DNA of 62,594 nucleotides, counting the filler, from Candidatus Desantisbacteria bacterium CG1_02_49_89 (lineage in GTDB: Bacteria > Desantisbacteria > UBA1551), in assembly GCA_001871075.1 (NCBI GenBank). It is 5 parts of 5 records of this genome, joined end to end, with 100 filler letters (N's around TTAATTAATTAA, not from the genome) between each part and the next. Parts side by side here need not be neighbours in the genome. Positions count along the whole stretch, not along the records: positions 49,834 to 62,594 come from MNUP01000041.1; 4 more parts are not named here. One strand, written 5' to 3'. Shown here in pieces: positions 49,734 to 59,234 of the stretch. Under the pieces are notes generated by a model. That model ran no database searches and was not told where the DNA came from. It saw only the letters and a program-made list of their open reading frames with translations. The stretch's first letter is position 1. Each line of letters opens with the position of its first letter. Both the position numbers and the translations under genes were made by a program.

Positions 49734-49833
49734 NNNNNNNNNNNNNNNNNNNNNNNNNNNNNNNNNNNNNNNNNNNNTTAATTAATTAANNNNNNNNNNN
49801 NNNNNNNNNNNNNNNNNNNNNNNNNNNNNNNNN
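49734..49833. other. Artificial contig linker
   Basis: N-run with TTAATTAATTAA. Confidence 0.97.
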
Positions 49834-50112
49834 TTTTATATCGCTTCACTCGGGGAAATTGCTTTTACGGAAGCTTTCAAGGTCGCTGACCGCCTGCGCA
49901 GGAGCGGTTTCAGAATCCTGTCATCCGGTTCAACAAAAAGCCTGAAAAGCCAGATGAGGGAGGCGGACAGGTTAAAAGCAAAATATACCCTGATACTGGG
50001 CGGGGATGAGCTTGCAAAGGGAATAATTATGCTCAGGGATATGAGATCCAGCACCCAGAAGGAAATACCGCTTGCAGATCTAGAAGATGAGCTCAAAAAA
50101 TCGATATCTTAA
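49834..50112 (+). CDS. hisS: Histidyl-tRNA synthetase, C-terminal anticodon-binding fragment
   Basis: KSLKSQMREADRLKAKYTLILGGDELAKGIIMLRDMRSSTQKEI. Confidence 0.8.
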   Translation, partial: FYIASLGEIAFTEAFKVADRLRRSGFRILSSGSTKSLKSQMREADRLKAKYTLILGGDELAKGIIMLRDMRSSTQKEIPLADLEDELKKSIS

Positions 50113-50136
50113 GAAATTACATAATTTATTAAATAT

Positions 50137-50214
50137 TGTCATTGCGAGGAACGTAAGAGACGAAGCAATCTCGTATGGGATTGCCGCGCCCTTCGGGTCC
50201 AACGGACAATGACA
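50137..50214. repeat. GTCATTGCGAG...CAATGAC palindromic element
   Basis: Same family as 9619-9711. Confidence 0.75.
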
Positions 50215-50230
50215 CGCGGGTAAAAAATTA

Positions 50231-51703
50231 ATGATAAAATTGGAAAATAAAAATTTGATATTAGCTATTACCTGTTTGCTGTCAATAGCATGCTTGCCGG
50301 TTGCTGCGTTTTGCGAACAGGCGCCTGAAGAGATATGGTCAAAGAGATATGACAGGGCGGGCGAGGACAGGGCGAAAAGGCTGTGCGTAGACAGGGACGG
50401 CAACATATATGTTGCTGGATATTCAAACAACGGTTCAAATAATGACCTGACGATCATCAAATACAGCCCGAACGGCATACCAATTTGGGTCAGGAACATT
50501 GACAAGGGCGGAGTTGATGAGGGCCATGATATCATTCTGGACGATCTGGGTTATATCTATGTGGCAGGTTGCACGAAGGGAGCAAACCTTGATGGTTTTA
50601 TCGTAAAGATGGATTCAAATGGAGATACGGTCTGGGAAAGGTCTCACGACGTTTCGGGGAGCAAGTTATATAGTTTAACTTCTGACAATACCGGGAATAT
50701 ATTCGTATGCGGCTATTCCGACGCAGGGGGCGCGAGCAAGAATTTTTTTGCGGCTAAATGCAATGTTTCTGGTGAGACATTCCTCTGGACATATACATAT
50801 GACAGCGGTAACAATGATGAGGCAAAAGCTATCGCCGTTGCGCCAGACGGCTCCTCTTACGTGACCGGGGTTGCCAATGACAATAATATATTTACGGTTA
50901 AACTTGATTCCTTTGGAAACACAGCCTGGACCGCGGCGGTCGCAGGCAGTAGCTCAAATGTAGCCGGCAACGATATATCTCTAACTTCGGACGGTAGTAT
51001 ATTGGTAGCCGGTACATCTAATACCGGATTTACAGATAACTGCATACTGATTAATTACCGTTCTGACAGCTCCGTGGCATGGACCCAGACTATTGATAAG
51101 GGAGGGATAGACCGCGGTTTCAGCGTCATGGTGGACCAAAGCGGTTATATATATATCGGGGCGGAATCCTATAACACTGCAAATTTTGATTTTGACTGGC
51201 TTATAGCAAAATTTACTTCAGACGGTAGTCCGCTCTGGACGAGGTATTATGACAGTGGCGACACGGACAGGGAGCCTGACCTTAAAACGGACGCCAGCGG
51301 TTATGTTTACCTTACCGGTTATTCTCATAATGGCGCGAATAATGATTTCCTGACGATTAAATATACAACAGTACCCGGGATACTGCCGCCCCAGAGCACG
51401 GGCGAGGTAAGGATAGGTTCAACGGGAAAACAGGGGATAGTTTATCCTCTCCAGGGTGATAAGGCGATAATAGCGGTAAAACCGGCAACCGCCGGGAGAA
51501 TAGTGGTGAAGATATATACTGTTACGGGGAATTATGTCACCGATAATGTTTTTGACGTGCTTGACCCGCTGGACAGTTCAAAGAACTACTGGCTGTGGGA
51601 TTGTTACAACAGTCAGGGAAGCCCGGTTGTTTCAGGGACATACATTGTTTACGTTGAAGGCCCGGGCATAAGGGTTTCGAAGAAAGTGATAATAATACGC
51701 TGA
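50231..51703 (+). CDS. Secreted SBBP-type beta-propeller protein with FlgD/T9SS-like C-terminal domain
   Basis: Repeats D..GNIYVAG...KY...G...W; C-terminal KIYTVTG...WD..N..G.PV.SGTY. Confidence 0.85.
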   Translation: MIKLENKNLILAITCLLSIACLPVAAFCEQAPEEIWSKRYDRAGEDRAKRLCVDRDGNIYVAGYSNNGSNNDLTIIKYSPNGIPIWVRNIDKGGVDEGHDIILDDLGYIYVAGCTKGANLDGFIVKMDSNGDTVWERSHDVSGSKLYSLTSDNTGNIFVCGYSDAGGASKNFFAAKCNVSGETFLWTYTYDSGNNDEAKAIAVAPDGSSYVTGVANDNNIFTVKLDSFGNTAWTAAVAGSSSNVAGNDISLTSDGSILVAGTSNTGFTDNCILINYRSDSSVAWTQTIDKGGIDRGFSVMVDQSGYIYIGAESYNTANFDFDWLIAKFTSDGSPLWTRYYDSGDTDREPDLKTDASGYVYLTGYSHNGANNDFLTIKYTTVPGILPPQSTGEVRIGSTGKQGIVYPLQGDKAIIAVKPATAGRIVVKIYTVTGNYVTDNVFDVLDPLDSSKNYWLWDCYNSQGSPVVSGTYIVYVEGPGIRVSKKVIIIR

Positions 51704-51748
51704 AAACGTGTCAGCGTGTCAGCGTATCAACGTGTCAGAGTAAAAGCA

Positions 51749-52672
51749 ATGAATAAAAACATAAAGATTTATTTAATTCTTGGGATTTTAACTTGTAACT
51801 TGTCACTTGTTACTTGTCACTGTTACGGCTGGGGCGGGGGAGTGACGGCAGGCGCGGGTCTTGAGTTCGAATACCTTGCGGGCGCGCGCACCGGAGCGAT
51901 GGGCGAGATAGGCAGCGCTCTGGAAAATGACATATCGCTCCTGCCGTATAATCCGGCGGGGCTCGCGAATCTTACGGAGTCCCAGGTCGGTTTTGACTAT
52001 ATGCTGGGTTTCGGGGATCTGAGCTTCTGCAGGTTTGTTTACAACCTGCCGACTGACATCGGAAGTTTCGCGGTTTCTCTTTCTTCTTTCGACGCGGGCA
52101 GCGCGGAGCTGAATTTCGCTGACGGAACGGTGAGGGTCATCAAAGCCCAGACCGACGTCGTATTCACGTTTTCGTACGCGAAGGAGTTTTTTAAGGGCAT
52201 ACCTATCGGTTTCAGCGGCAAGGTGATCTCTTCATCTCTTGCGGAAAGGTCAGCGGTCCAGGCGTTCGCGATAGACGCCGGCGGGCTTTTCAGGGTCCCG
52301 GTCGAAGGCCTCAGGGTCGGGGTCTGCCTGCAGAATATGGGCGGCGGGCTGAACTACCTTACTCAGGCCGAACCGCTCCCAGCCACGCTCAGGGCGGGCC
52401 TTTCGTATGAACTGCTTGAATTCGGGATGATAGGCGGGCTTGAGTTCAAATGGCTGCTGAACGAAGGCAAGATCATACCAAGCCTCGGGGGCGAATACAA
52501 GTTCAGCGAGAACCTCGCGTTCAGGTTCGGCTACATATTCGGGAACACAGAGGGTATGACATTCGGCCTGGGTTTTAACATCAAGCGCTATACTTTTGAT
52601 TACGCGATAAGCCTTGTGAAGGATATAGCGCCGTTCGGCAACCAGCGCCTTGGTTTTAAAATGCAGTTGTAA
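51749..52672 (+). CDS. PorV/PorQ-like (UPF0164) outer-membrane barrel
   Basis: GARTGAMG...NPAGLA...D.G...QNMG...LPATLRAG...EY...RFGY...DYA. Confidence 0.85.
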   Translation: MNKNIKIYLILGILTCNLSLVTCHCYGWGGGVTAGAGLEFEYLAGARTGAMGEIGSALENDISLLPYNPAGLANLTESQVGFDYMLGFGDLSFCRFVYNLPTDIGSFAVSLSSFDAGSAELNFADGTVRVIKAQTDVVFTFSYAKEFFKGIPIGFSGKVISSSLAERSAVQAFAIDAGGLFRVPVEGLRVGVCLQNMGGGLNYLTQAEPLPATLRAGLSYELLEFGMIGGLEFKWLLNEGKIIPSLGGEYKFSENLAFRFGYIFGNTEGMTFGLGFNIKRYTFDYAISLVKDIAPFGNQRLGFKMQL

Positions 52673-52956
52673 ATAATCACCACGGAAGCACGGAAAAATA
52701 ATTCAGCCACGGATTCTTTGCTCCGCAACATTCTTTGTGGGCTGCGTCGATAAACGACGAATTTCACGGATTTTAAACTGTGTAAACTTTATAAACTCTG
52801 TAAACTATATAAACTGCATATATAACCACGGGTGAACACAGGTTGACGCAAGTTAACACTGTTTAGAATAAGAATCCTTGCTTTTGATTCATAACTCATA
52901 ATTTTTTACTAATGACTAATGACAAATGACAAATGACTGTATTTAAAGGAGGGCAA

Positions 52957-53691
52957 ATGTCGGAGTTCAGGCTGGGTATGCAGAGTTACACGTTCAGGAA
53001 TTTCAAGACCCTGGACGAGGCGATCGGGCTTACAAAGAAGGCGGGGCTTTCTTACATGGAGTTGTTTTCAGGCCACCTGTCATGCGACGCGGACGACGCG
53101 ACCGTGCAGGCAGGCCTTGACAAGCTGAAGGCGGCGGGAATAACGCCTGATTCATACGGGGTGCACGGTTTTTCAAAGGACGAAGCCGCCAACAGGAGAG
53201 CGCTTGGATTCGCAAAGAAGGCCGGCATTAAAGCGCTTAGCGCGGACATAGAGCCGGACGCGCTGGATATGGCGGAGAACCTGAGCAAGGAATACAACGT
53301 AAGGCTCGCGATACATAACCACGGGATAAACCACAGGTACGGGACCGTAAAACAGCTGAAGGAGCTGTTCGGGAAGACCGGGGCGAATATAGGATTGTGC
53401 CTTGATACCGCGTGGATGCTGCAGACCAAAACAGACCCGGTGAAAGCGGCGAAGATCTTCGGCGAACGCCTTTACGGAGTGCATCTGAAGGATTTTGTTT
53501 TCGCGGCTGACAGCTCACCGAAAGACGTAGTGCTGGGCGAGGGCGGGTTGAAACTGGAGCAGCTCTTCCAGGCTCTTGATTCAATGAACTTCAGCGGGTA
53601 TCTTTCGATAGAATACGAGGGTGAGCCGGATGACCCGCTTCCCGCGGTTTTAAGGTCCGTCGCGAAAATTAAGAAGGTCCTGGGCGACTGA
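52957..53691 (+). CDS. Sugar phosphate isomerase/epimerase (TIM barrel)
   Basis: QSYTFR, AIHNHG, LDT.W, HLKD, SIEYE. Confidence 0.9.
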   Translation: MSEFRLGMQSYTFRNFKTLDEAIGLTKKAGLSYMELFSGHLSCDADDATVQAGLDKLKAAGITPDSYGVHGFSKDEAANRRALGFAKKAGIKALSADIEPDALDMAENLSKEYNVRLAIHNHGINHRYGTVKQLKELFGKTGANIGLCLDTAWMLQTKTDPVKAAKIFGERLYGVHLKDFVFAADSSPKDVVLGEGGLKLEQLFQALDSMNFSGYLSIEYEGEPDDPLPAVLRSVAKIKKVLGD

Positions 53692-53809
53692 GTAGCTGCA
53701 AAGGTTGCTTTGCTATAGGTTAAAAAGGTTAAAGGTGTTAAAAGTTAAAAAGGTTGAAAACTCAATCTGTGAAAATCCGTGTTAATCCGTGGTTACAGGA
53801 GGTTTTGTT

Positions 53810-54610
53810 GTGGAAAATGTAAAGCTGGGGAATCTTGAGGTCAGCAGGTTTATACTCGGCGCGAATCCGTTCTGCGGTTTCTCGCACCATTCGATCGAAA
53901 AAGACTGGGAGATGCGCAAATATTTCACGGTTGACAGGATAAAGCAGCTCCTTCGCCAGGCCGAATCACTGGGCGTGAATTCGCTTATAGCCAGGGTGGA
54001 TTTCCATATCATGCGCATGCTTCTTGAATACTACGGCGAGGGAGGGAAGATCCAGTGGATCGCGCAGGTATGTTCGGATGTTGCCGGAAATATAAAGTCC
54101 GGGATCGAAGCCGCTATTAATTACGGCGCGAAAGCCTGTTTCATTCACGGTGGGCACATGGATTATATGGTCTCGCAGTCCAAGGCTGACATTGTAGGCC
54201 CGGTCCTTCAGATCGCGAAAGACAAAGGTATCCCGGTCGGCGTTGCCGGGCACAACCCGGAAGTTTTCAAGTGGGCTTTAGAAAACCTTAAACTTGATTT
54301 TTACATGTGTTCCCACTACGACCCGATACCGCGCGAGGACAATCCCCAGCACAGGTTCGGGGCTAAAGAGGAATTCAAGGAAGAGCAGAGGCAGGCAATG
54401 GCAAAGGTCATAAAGGGCCTTCCCGCACCGGTAATACACTACAAGATATTGGCAGGCGGAAGGAATGACCCCCGTGAGGCGTATGAGTTCACGGCGGGCA
54501 TAATGCGCCCGGGGGACGCGGTGTGCGTGGGAATTTACCCGCCGGACAAAAAGGATATGATGAAGGAGAACATAGAACTCTTAGAGAGCAGCTTGAAAAA
54601 ACAATTATGA
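53810..54610 (+). CDS. Hypothetical protein, aldo/keto-reductase-like fold
   Basis: LGNLEVSRFILGANPF.GFSH, GVAGHNP, HYKILAGGR; GGAGG RBS before GTG. Confidence 0.7.
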   Translation: MENVKLGNLEVSRFILGANPFCGFSHHSIEKDWEMRKYFTVDRIKQLLRQAESLGVNSLIARVDFHIMRMLLEYYGEGGKIQWIAQVCSDVAGNIKSGIEAAINYGAKACFIHGGHMDYMVSQSKADIVGPVLQIAKDKGIPVGVAGHNPEVFKWALENLKLDFYMCSHYDPIPREDNPQHRFGAKEEFKEEQRQAMAKVIKGLPAPVIHYKILAGGRNDPREAYEFTAGIMRPGDAVCVGIYPPDKKDMMKENIELLESSLKKQL

Positions 54611-54708
54611 ATTATGAATGATGAATTATGAATTAAAAGCAAGGATTTTATTTAAAGTTTTTGATTCATAACTCATAACTCATAATTAATTTTGAAAGGG
54701 AGGGTGTT

Positions 54709-54858
54709 ATGACAGAGGGAAGATGCATGAAGTGCAAGAAGCAGGTGGAAATGAAGGACGGGAAAGAGATCGAGATGAAAGGCGGCAGGAGAGCGATGCA
54801 GGGTTGCTGCCCGACCTGCGGGACAAAGGTTTTCAGGATCCTCGGTAAGAAGAAATAA
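54709..54858 (+). CDS. Small basic Cys-containing protein, DUF5679-like (49 aa; absent from ORF track)
   Basis: MTEGRCMKCKKQVEMKDGKEIEMKGGRRAMQGCCPTCGTKVFRILGKKK; GGAGG RBS. Confidence 0.85.
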   Translation: MTEGRCMKCKKQVEMKDGKEIEMKGGRRAMQGCCPTCGTKVFRILGKKK

Positions 54859-55001
54859 TAGTTATGAATGATGAATTATGAATTATGAATGAAGGAATCA
54901 GGGCTAAAGCCCTGAGTTACCCCGAAGGGATCCCTTTGGGACAATAAAATTCCATGCCGTTGATTCATAATTCATAACTCGTAACTCATAACTAAATACA
55001 A

Positions 55002-56165
55002 ATGGGGAAGGTAAAAGTAGCCATAGTGAGCTGCAAAAGCTATGGCTACAGGGAACTCAGGGAAGCGATCGCCAGATCCCTGGATCTGATAGGTGGGCTC
55101 GGAGCGGTAATGAGAAAAGGCGATAAAGTACTGCTCAAGCCCAACATGATGGCATCCAAACCCCCTGAAAAGGCCATAAACACGCATCCTGCTTTTGTAA
55201 GGGCGCTGTTTGAGCTTATCAGGGATTTTGGCGCGAAGCCCGTAATAGGCGAAAGCCCTGGCGGCGCGATATTCGGAACAAAAAGGGTCTGGAAGAATTC
55301 GGGAATGGAGGAGATGGCGAAGGAAGCCGGCGCTGAAATAGTAAGGCTGGAATCCAGCGGCATCGTCAAAGTAAAGCCCCCGTTCGGAAAGAAGCTTAAG
55401 GAATTCTACATTGCCAGGCCGGTGCTTGACGCGGATGTTGTGGTCAGCGTCCCGAAGTTCAAGGTCCACGGGACAATGCTGCTCACGGGCGCCATCAAGA
55501 ATTTTCTTGGCACGATCCCGGGGATACATAAAATAGATTTCCACAAGGCAGCTCCCAAGCCGGACGAGTTCGGGGATGTGCTTTCGGACATCCTTTCCGT
55601 TATCAAGCCGAAGCTCGCGGTAATGGACGCTGTCACCGGAATGGATGGTAATGGTCCGACTTTCGGCCGGGCAAGGGATGTCGGGTTTGTGATCGCCAGC
55701 CCGGACTGCGTGGCGCTGGACGCGGTTGCAGCCACAATGATGGGCATAGAGCCGATGAAAGTCTATGCCACGAAACACGCGGCTCGCAAAGGCCTTGGGG
55801 TCGCTGACCTGGCTATGATTGACATAGAAGGGGTCCCGCTTTCCGAGGCGAAGATCCCTGACTGGAAACCGGATTTCATTTCAAACCGGACCGTTTCCAG
55901 GATCCCCAGGTTCCTCTTGAAACTCTACGGGTGGGGGTTCAGGGCTTACCCGCTCCTGAATGAGCGCAAGTGCAAAAAATGCGGTGAGTGCATTGAAGGA
56001 TGTCCGACAGGCGCCAGGTTCCTGGACAACCAGGTGCCGAAAGTGGATTTCAAGAAATGCATACGCTGTTTACAATGTTTTGAAAAGTGCCGGAACAGGG
56101 CTGTAAGGCTTAAATTCAGTTACTTCGCAAAACAATGGCTGAAGTCGCAGGCGGGCGGTATTTAA
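55002..56165 (+). CDS. DUF362 protein with C-terminal 2x4Fe-4S domain
   Basis: VLLKPN, THP, PKFKVH...TGAIKN; CKKCGECIEGCP, CIRCLQCFEKC. Confidence 0.9.
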   Translation: MGKVKVAIVSCKSYGYRELREAIARSLDLIGGLGAVMRKGDKVLLKPNMMASKPPEKAINTHPAFVRALFELIRDFGAKPVIGESPGGAIFGTKRVWKNSGMEEMAKEAGAEIVRLESSGIVKVKPPFGKKLKEFYIARPVLDADVVVSVPKFKVHGTMLLTGAIKNFLGTIPGIHKIDFHKAAPKPDEFGDVLSDILSVIKPKLAVMDAVTGMDGNGPTFGRARDVGFVIASPDCVALDAVAATMMGIEPMKVYATKHAARKGLGVADLAMIDIEGVPLSEAKIPDWKPDFISNRTVSRIPRFLLKLYGWGFRAYPLLNERKCKKCGECIEGCPTGARFLDNQVPKVDFKKCIRCLQCFEKCRNRAVRLKFSYFAKQWLKSQAGGI

Positions 56166-56291
56166 ATGCAGTTGTTTGTCATTAGTCGTTTGTCATTAGT
56201 CTAACTCAGTGAACTCAGTGCATTCAGTGGCAAAAAGATTTCTCTGTGCCTCCGTGCCTCTGTGGTGATCTTTAGTGTTTTTGGGAAAAAT

Positions 56292-59108
56292 ATGAAAAGA
56301 ACAGGTTTAGCGATCTCTATTCTTGTTTTTATGTTATGCGCGCAGAGTTGCCGGGCGTTCAAGATGGACACTGACGGTTCGTATCCTACTGAGCACGAGC
56401 TACACTGGCTTTCGTCCGCGATCCCGGTTAAATATTACATAGGCGAAACTCCGCCTAAGGACGTTGCGCTTTCAGATGCGGTCAATGCAGTTACCAGCGC
56501 GTTCCAGGTGTGGGAGAGCGTACCGAGTTCTTTTATCGCGTTTGATTACAAGGGCACGACTACAGCGAACCCGGTAGCAGGCACAATGGACGGCAAGAAT
56601 CTTGTCAGGTGGGTTAAGGAAAGCGAATGGGGAGAAAGGCCTGCAAACGCTATTGCATATGTCTGGGTGTTCAGCAGTCAGGTGGACGGAAGGATCCTTG
56701 AATGCGACATAGATTTCGCCGATTCATGTTCCTGGTCAACTACGGGCCTGACTCAGACATTTGACATCCAGAACGTAGCCGCGAACGAAGTCGGAAAATT
56801 CATCGGTCTTGGGTCGCTGAACGGTTTTCACGATAAAGAAAAAACTATGTACGGTTCTTTTTCAACACAGGAAATAAAAAAAAGGACGCTCGACGAGGAC
56901 GACGAGGCAGGCGCGAACCATATCTACCCGGTTATAGAAGAGCCTAAACTCGATCATATGCCTTATTACACCCGCACAGGGGATTATACGGTTTCGTGGC
57001 AGGGCGGTTCGAATACCGATTACTACGAACTGCAGGAAAGCGACACGCCTATATTCATTGCTCCGGTGTCGAACACAATAACGTTGAATTCTAAGGTTTA
57101 TTCAGGTAAACCGGAAGGGAACTATTTCTACCAGGTGCGTTCCCACGGAGACACGGAAGGGAACAGCGAGTGGTGCGCGGGGGACAGCATATTTGTTGAC
57201 TGGACGCCGCCCGTAGGCAGCATTTTAATTGACAGCGGAGCGGAATTCATAAACACTGTCGGGGCAGTGCTGTATTTTACCTGCATTGAAACCCTGAGCG
57301 GCATTGACACAACAGTTGTGAGCAACCTTGCGGATTTTTCGATTTCCGACACGTCGTTTTACTCAGACACGAAAGCATGGGTGCTTGAAAGCGGTTCTGA
57401 CGGCACCAGGACCGTTTACGTAGTTTTTTACGACGAAGCCGCAAACACGTCCGTTGTTTATTCTGATACGATAGTGGTGGACAGGGTGCAGCCGTCCACA
57501 GTCACTTTTGCGCCGGTGCCTGACTGGACCGATACCAATTCAGTCGTGCTGGACTGGGATGACACGCTGGATACCATGGCAGGATTGCTACGCTACGCGG
57601 TCCTGAGAAGCGATTCATATTCAGGCCCATATTCCGAGATCATTTCCTGCGATACCTCGGCCTGTGCGGATACGGATGTGCTTGACGGGCAGGAATGGTT
57701 CTACAGGATCAAGGCATATGACAGGGCGGGTAATTATTCGGTTTCAGATCCGGACAGCACTTTCGTAGACGTTGCCGCGCCCGGGATACCTGTTCTGACA
57801 TTCCCGCAGGACAACGCGAAAATAAACGATGCCACACCGCTGTTTACATGGAGCATTGCTGATACGGGTTCACCCCTGACCTTCAGGATCGAAGTTTCGG
57901 AAACGATTTCGTTTCCGTCCCTGACGTATGAGAATACCGTTACATCCCAGAGCTGCGGGCTGACAGAAGCGCTGGCCGTCTATACGACGTATTACTGGCG
58001 GGTTTTTGTGTGGGACGTTTTCAGGAGCGGGACAGTTTCCGCGACCTACAGCTTCAGCATGGATACTTACCCGCCGCAGGTTTATATACAATCACCTGAA
58101 AACGGCAGTATCACGAACGCGGCAGTTGCAGTATGCACGGGAACAATAGAAGACAGCAGCCCGGTTAATACCGCGGTTCTTTACCTTAACGGCGCGGCGC
58201 AGGTTATAAATATCAACACCGGGACTTTCTTTGAAACCATAACGTTTAAAAAAGGTTTCAACGAGATCAGCGTTCTTGTGTGCGACGCATACGGCAATAC
58301 AGGTTCCTCCGCGGTCAGCATCGACTGCATAACGGTTATAAGCGGGGCGATATTCCCTTCATCCGCGGAAACAACTGTTCCGAGCGCTTACGCTGAAATA
58401 ACAGTGCCGTCAGGCGCTTTTTCCGAAACTGTCGAAATCGCGATAGCGGGAAGCCCGGTTTATGACAGCATCGCTGTCGCGAACAACGCGGCCGCCGCGG
58501 ATAGGAACTTAAGGCTTGTAACCGAGCTTGGCGGGACAATATGCGAGGCGCTCGCGTTCAGGATAATAGACGGGGTCTTTTCGTGCACGCAGGTCCTGAC
58601 AGGCCTTTTCAACAAAGATTTAGAAATAGCTGTTTTCTACCCGGTATCGCAGGCTATCCTGCTCGCAGAGGACGCCCTGCGCGCGTATTATCTGGACACA
58701 GGCACGCTCAGGTGGGTTATTGTGCCGGGAGCCCAGACTGTTGATAAGGTGAGGAGATGCGTTAGTTTCAACGTGAACCATTTGAGCATATTCAGGATCA
58801 TGTCGCTTTCTTTCGCCGCGCAGGACCTGACGGGGGTGCTGGTATACCCCAATCCGTTCACGCCTTCTTCCGCGGTGGGAGGAAAGCTGAAATTCACAAA
58901 GCTTACCGCGAAAGCGGTTATCAGGATATATACGGTGTCGGGTGAGCTGGTTTACACAATAGATAAGGCAGGGGACCCAACCGACAGGGCTGAATGGGAC
59001 GGAAAGAACACCGCGGGCGAAAACGCCGCGAACGGTCTTTATTATTACGTTATCACGACAGAAGGCAGCGCTGAGAAAAAGATAGGCAAGTTCGTCGTGC
59101 GCAAGTAG
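56292..59108 (+). CDS. Secreted matrixin-like (degenerate) + Fn3/Ig protein with FlgD/T9SS-like C-terminal domain
   Basis: AFQVW, DG.N...DIDF, DIQNVAANEVGKFIGLGS, TMY, L..DD..G...IYP; C-terminal VYPNPF...IYTVSGELV...WDGKN. Confidence 0.8.
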   Translation: MKRTGLAISILVFMLCAQSCRAFKMDTDGSYPTEHELHWLSSAIPVKYYIGETPPKDVALSDAVNAVTSAFQVWESVPSSFIAFDYKGTTTANPVAGTMDGKNLVRWVKESEWGERPANAIAYVWVFSSQVDGRILECDIDFADSCSWSTTGLTQTFDIQNVAANEVGKFIGLGSLNGFHDKEKTMYGSFSTQEIKKRTLDEDDEAGANHIYPVIEEPKLDHMPYYTRTGDYTVSWQGGSNTDYYELQESDTPIFIAPVSNTITLNSKVYSGKPEGNYFYQVRSHGDTEGNSEWCAGDSIFVDWTPPVGSILIDSGAEFINTVGAVLYFTCIETLSGIDTTVVSNLADFSISDTSFYSDTKAWVLESGSDGTRTVYVVFYDEAANTSVVYSDTIVVDRVQPSTVTFAPVPDWTDTNSVVLDWDDTLDTMAGLLRYAVLRSDSYSGPYSEIISCDTSACADTDVLDGQEWFYRIKAYDRAGNYSVSDPDSTFVDVAAPGIPVLTFPQDNAKINDATPLFTWSIADTGSPLTFRIEVSETISFPSLTYENTVTSQSCGLTEALAVYTTYYWRVFVWDVFRSGTVSATYSFSMDTYPPQVYIQSPENGSITNAAVAVCTGTIEDSSPVNTAVLYLNGAAQVININTGTFFETITFKKGFNEISVLVCDAYGNTGSSAVSIDCITVISGAIFPSSAETTVPSAYAEITVPSGAFSETVEIAIAGSPVYDSIAVANNAAAADRNLRLVTELGGTICEALAFRIIDGVFSCTQVLTGLFNKDLEIAVFYPVSQAILLAEDALRAYYLDTGTLRWVIVPGAQTVDKVRRCVSFNVNHLSIFRIMSLSFAAQDLTGVLVYPNPFTPSSAVGGKLKFTKLTAKAVIRIYTVSGELVYTIDKAGDPTDRAEWDGKNTAGENAANGLYYYVITTEGSAEKKIGKFVVRK

Positions 59109-59234
59109 CGGCAGGGCTTGCCCTGCTATTTTGAAAGCGTGTCCCGCCCAGCAAGATTGGCGGGCAGGCGCTGTGTCAACGTGTCAACGCAACTGCAAGG
59201 TAGCCGCAGGCTTTAGCCTGCGAGGATGTAAAGT

